A DNA stretch of 63,612 nt, counting the filler, from Stramenopiles sp. TOSAG23-6 (lineage: Eukaryota): assembly GCA_900128565.1 (NCBI GenBank). It is 30 parts of 30 records of this genome, joined end to end, with 100 filler letters (N's around TTAATTAATTAA, not from the genome) between each part and the next. Parts side by side here need not be neighbours in the genome. Positions count along the whole stretch, not along the records: positions 61,609 to 63,612 come from LT638384.1; 29 more parts are not named here. One strand, given 5' to 3'. Shown here piece by piece: positions 62,904 through 63,612 of the stretch. Within the stretch, counting starts at the first letter, position 1. Every line of letters begins with the position of its first letter. The position numbers and the translations under genes were made by a program. The notes under the pieces are model-generated. The model was not told the DNA's origin, made no database searches, and worked only from the letters and a program-made list of their open reading frames with translations.

Positions 62904-63612
<709 letters not shown>

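Overview
This is not a contiguous locus. It is 30 AT-rich eukaryotic contigs of about 2.0-2.05 kb, sorted by length and joined by N-padded TTAATTAATTAA linkers, probably from a protist single-cell or metagenome assembly. Recognisable gene fragments include an ABCG transporter (its two halves lie on different contigs), PI-PLC, a PPR protein, GH76, Aquarius, UPF2-like, PHD proteins, NPHP4-like, CAND1, a KCNQ/Kv-like K+ channel, a polycystin-like channel, acyl-CoA thioesterase II, EPG5-like, phytochelatin synthase, an AP2-domain protein and beta-tubulin. The main signal is a high-copy family of introns, mostly about 90-170 nt. They share a GTRYGT donor, an internal TTTCGTACGAAATTTTGTACCTAAC motif (palindrome plus branch-like site) and a GAAATATTTT...WHAT 3' end. 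Conserved protein motifs are restored when the introns are removed as GT-AT rather than GT-AG. By hand I could close about 28 introns: about 24 end in AT, 2 in AG, 1 is ambiguous and 1 has aberrant ends. This points to an introner-like element and a spliceosome using a non-canonical AT acceptor as its main 3' splice site. Also notable are about 20 scattered telomere-type (TTAGGG)2 tracts, many in exons encoding NPNP, an antisense element copy lying inside an open frame, and a membrane-anchored papain pseudo-enzyme. All splice junctions are inferred from DNA only.
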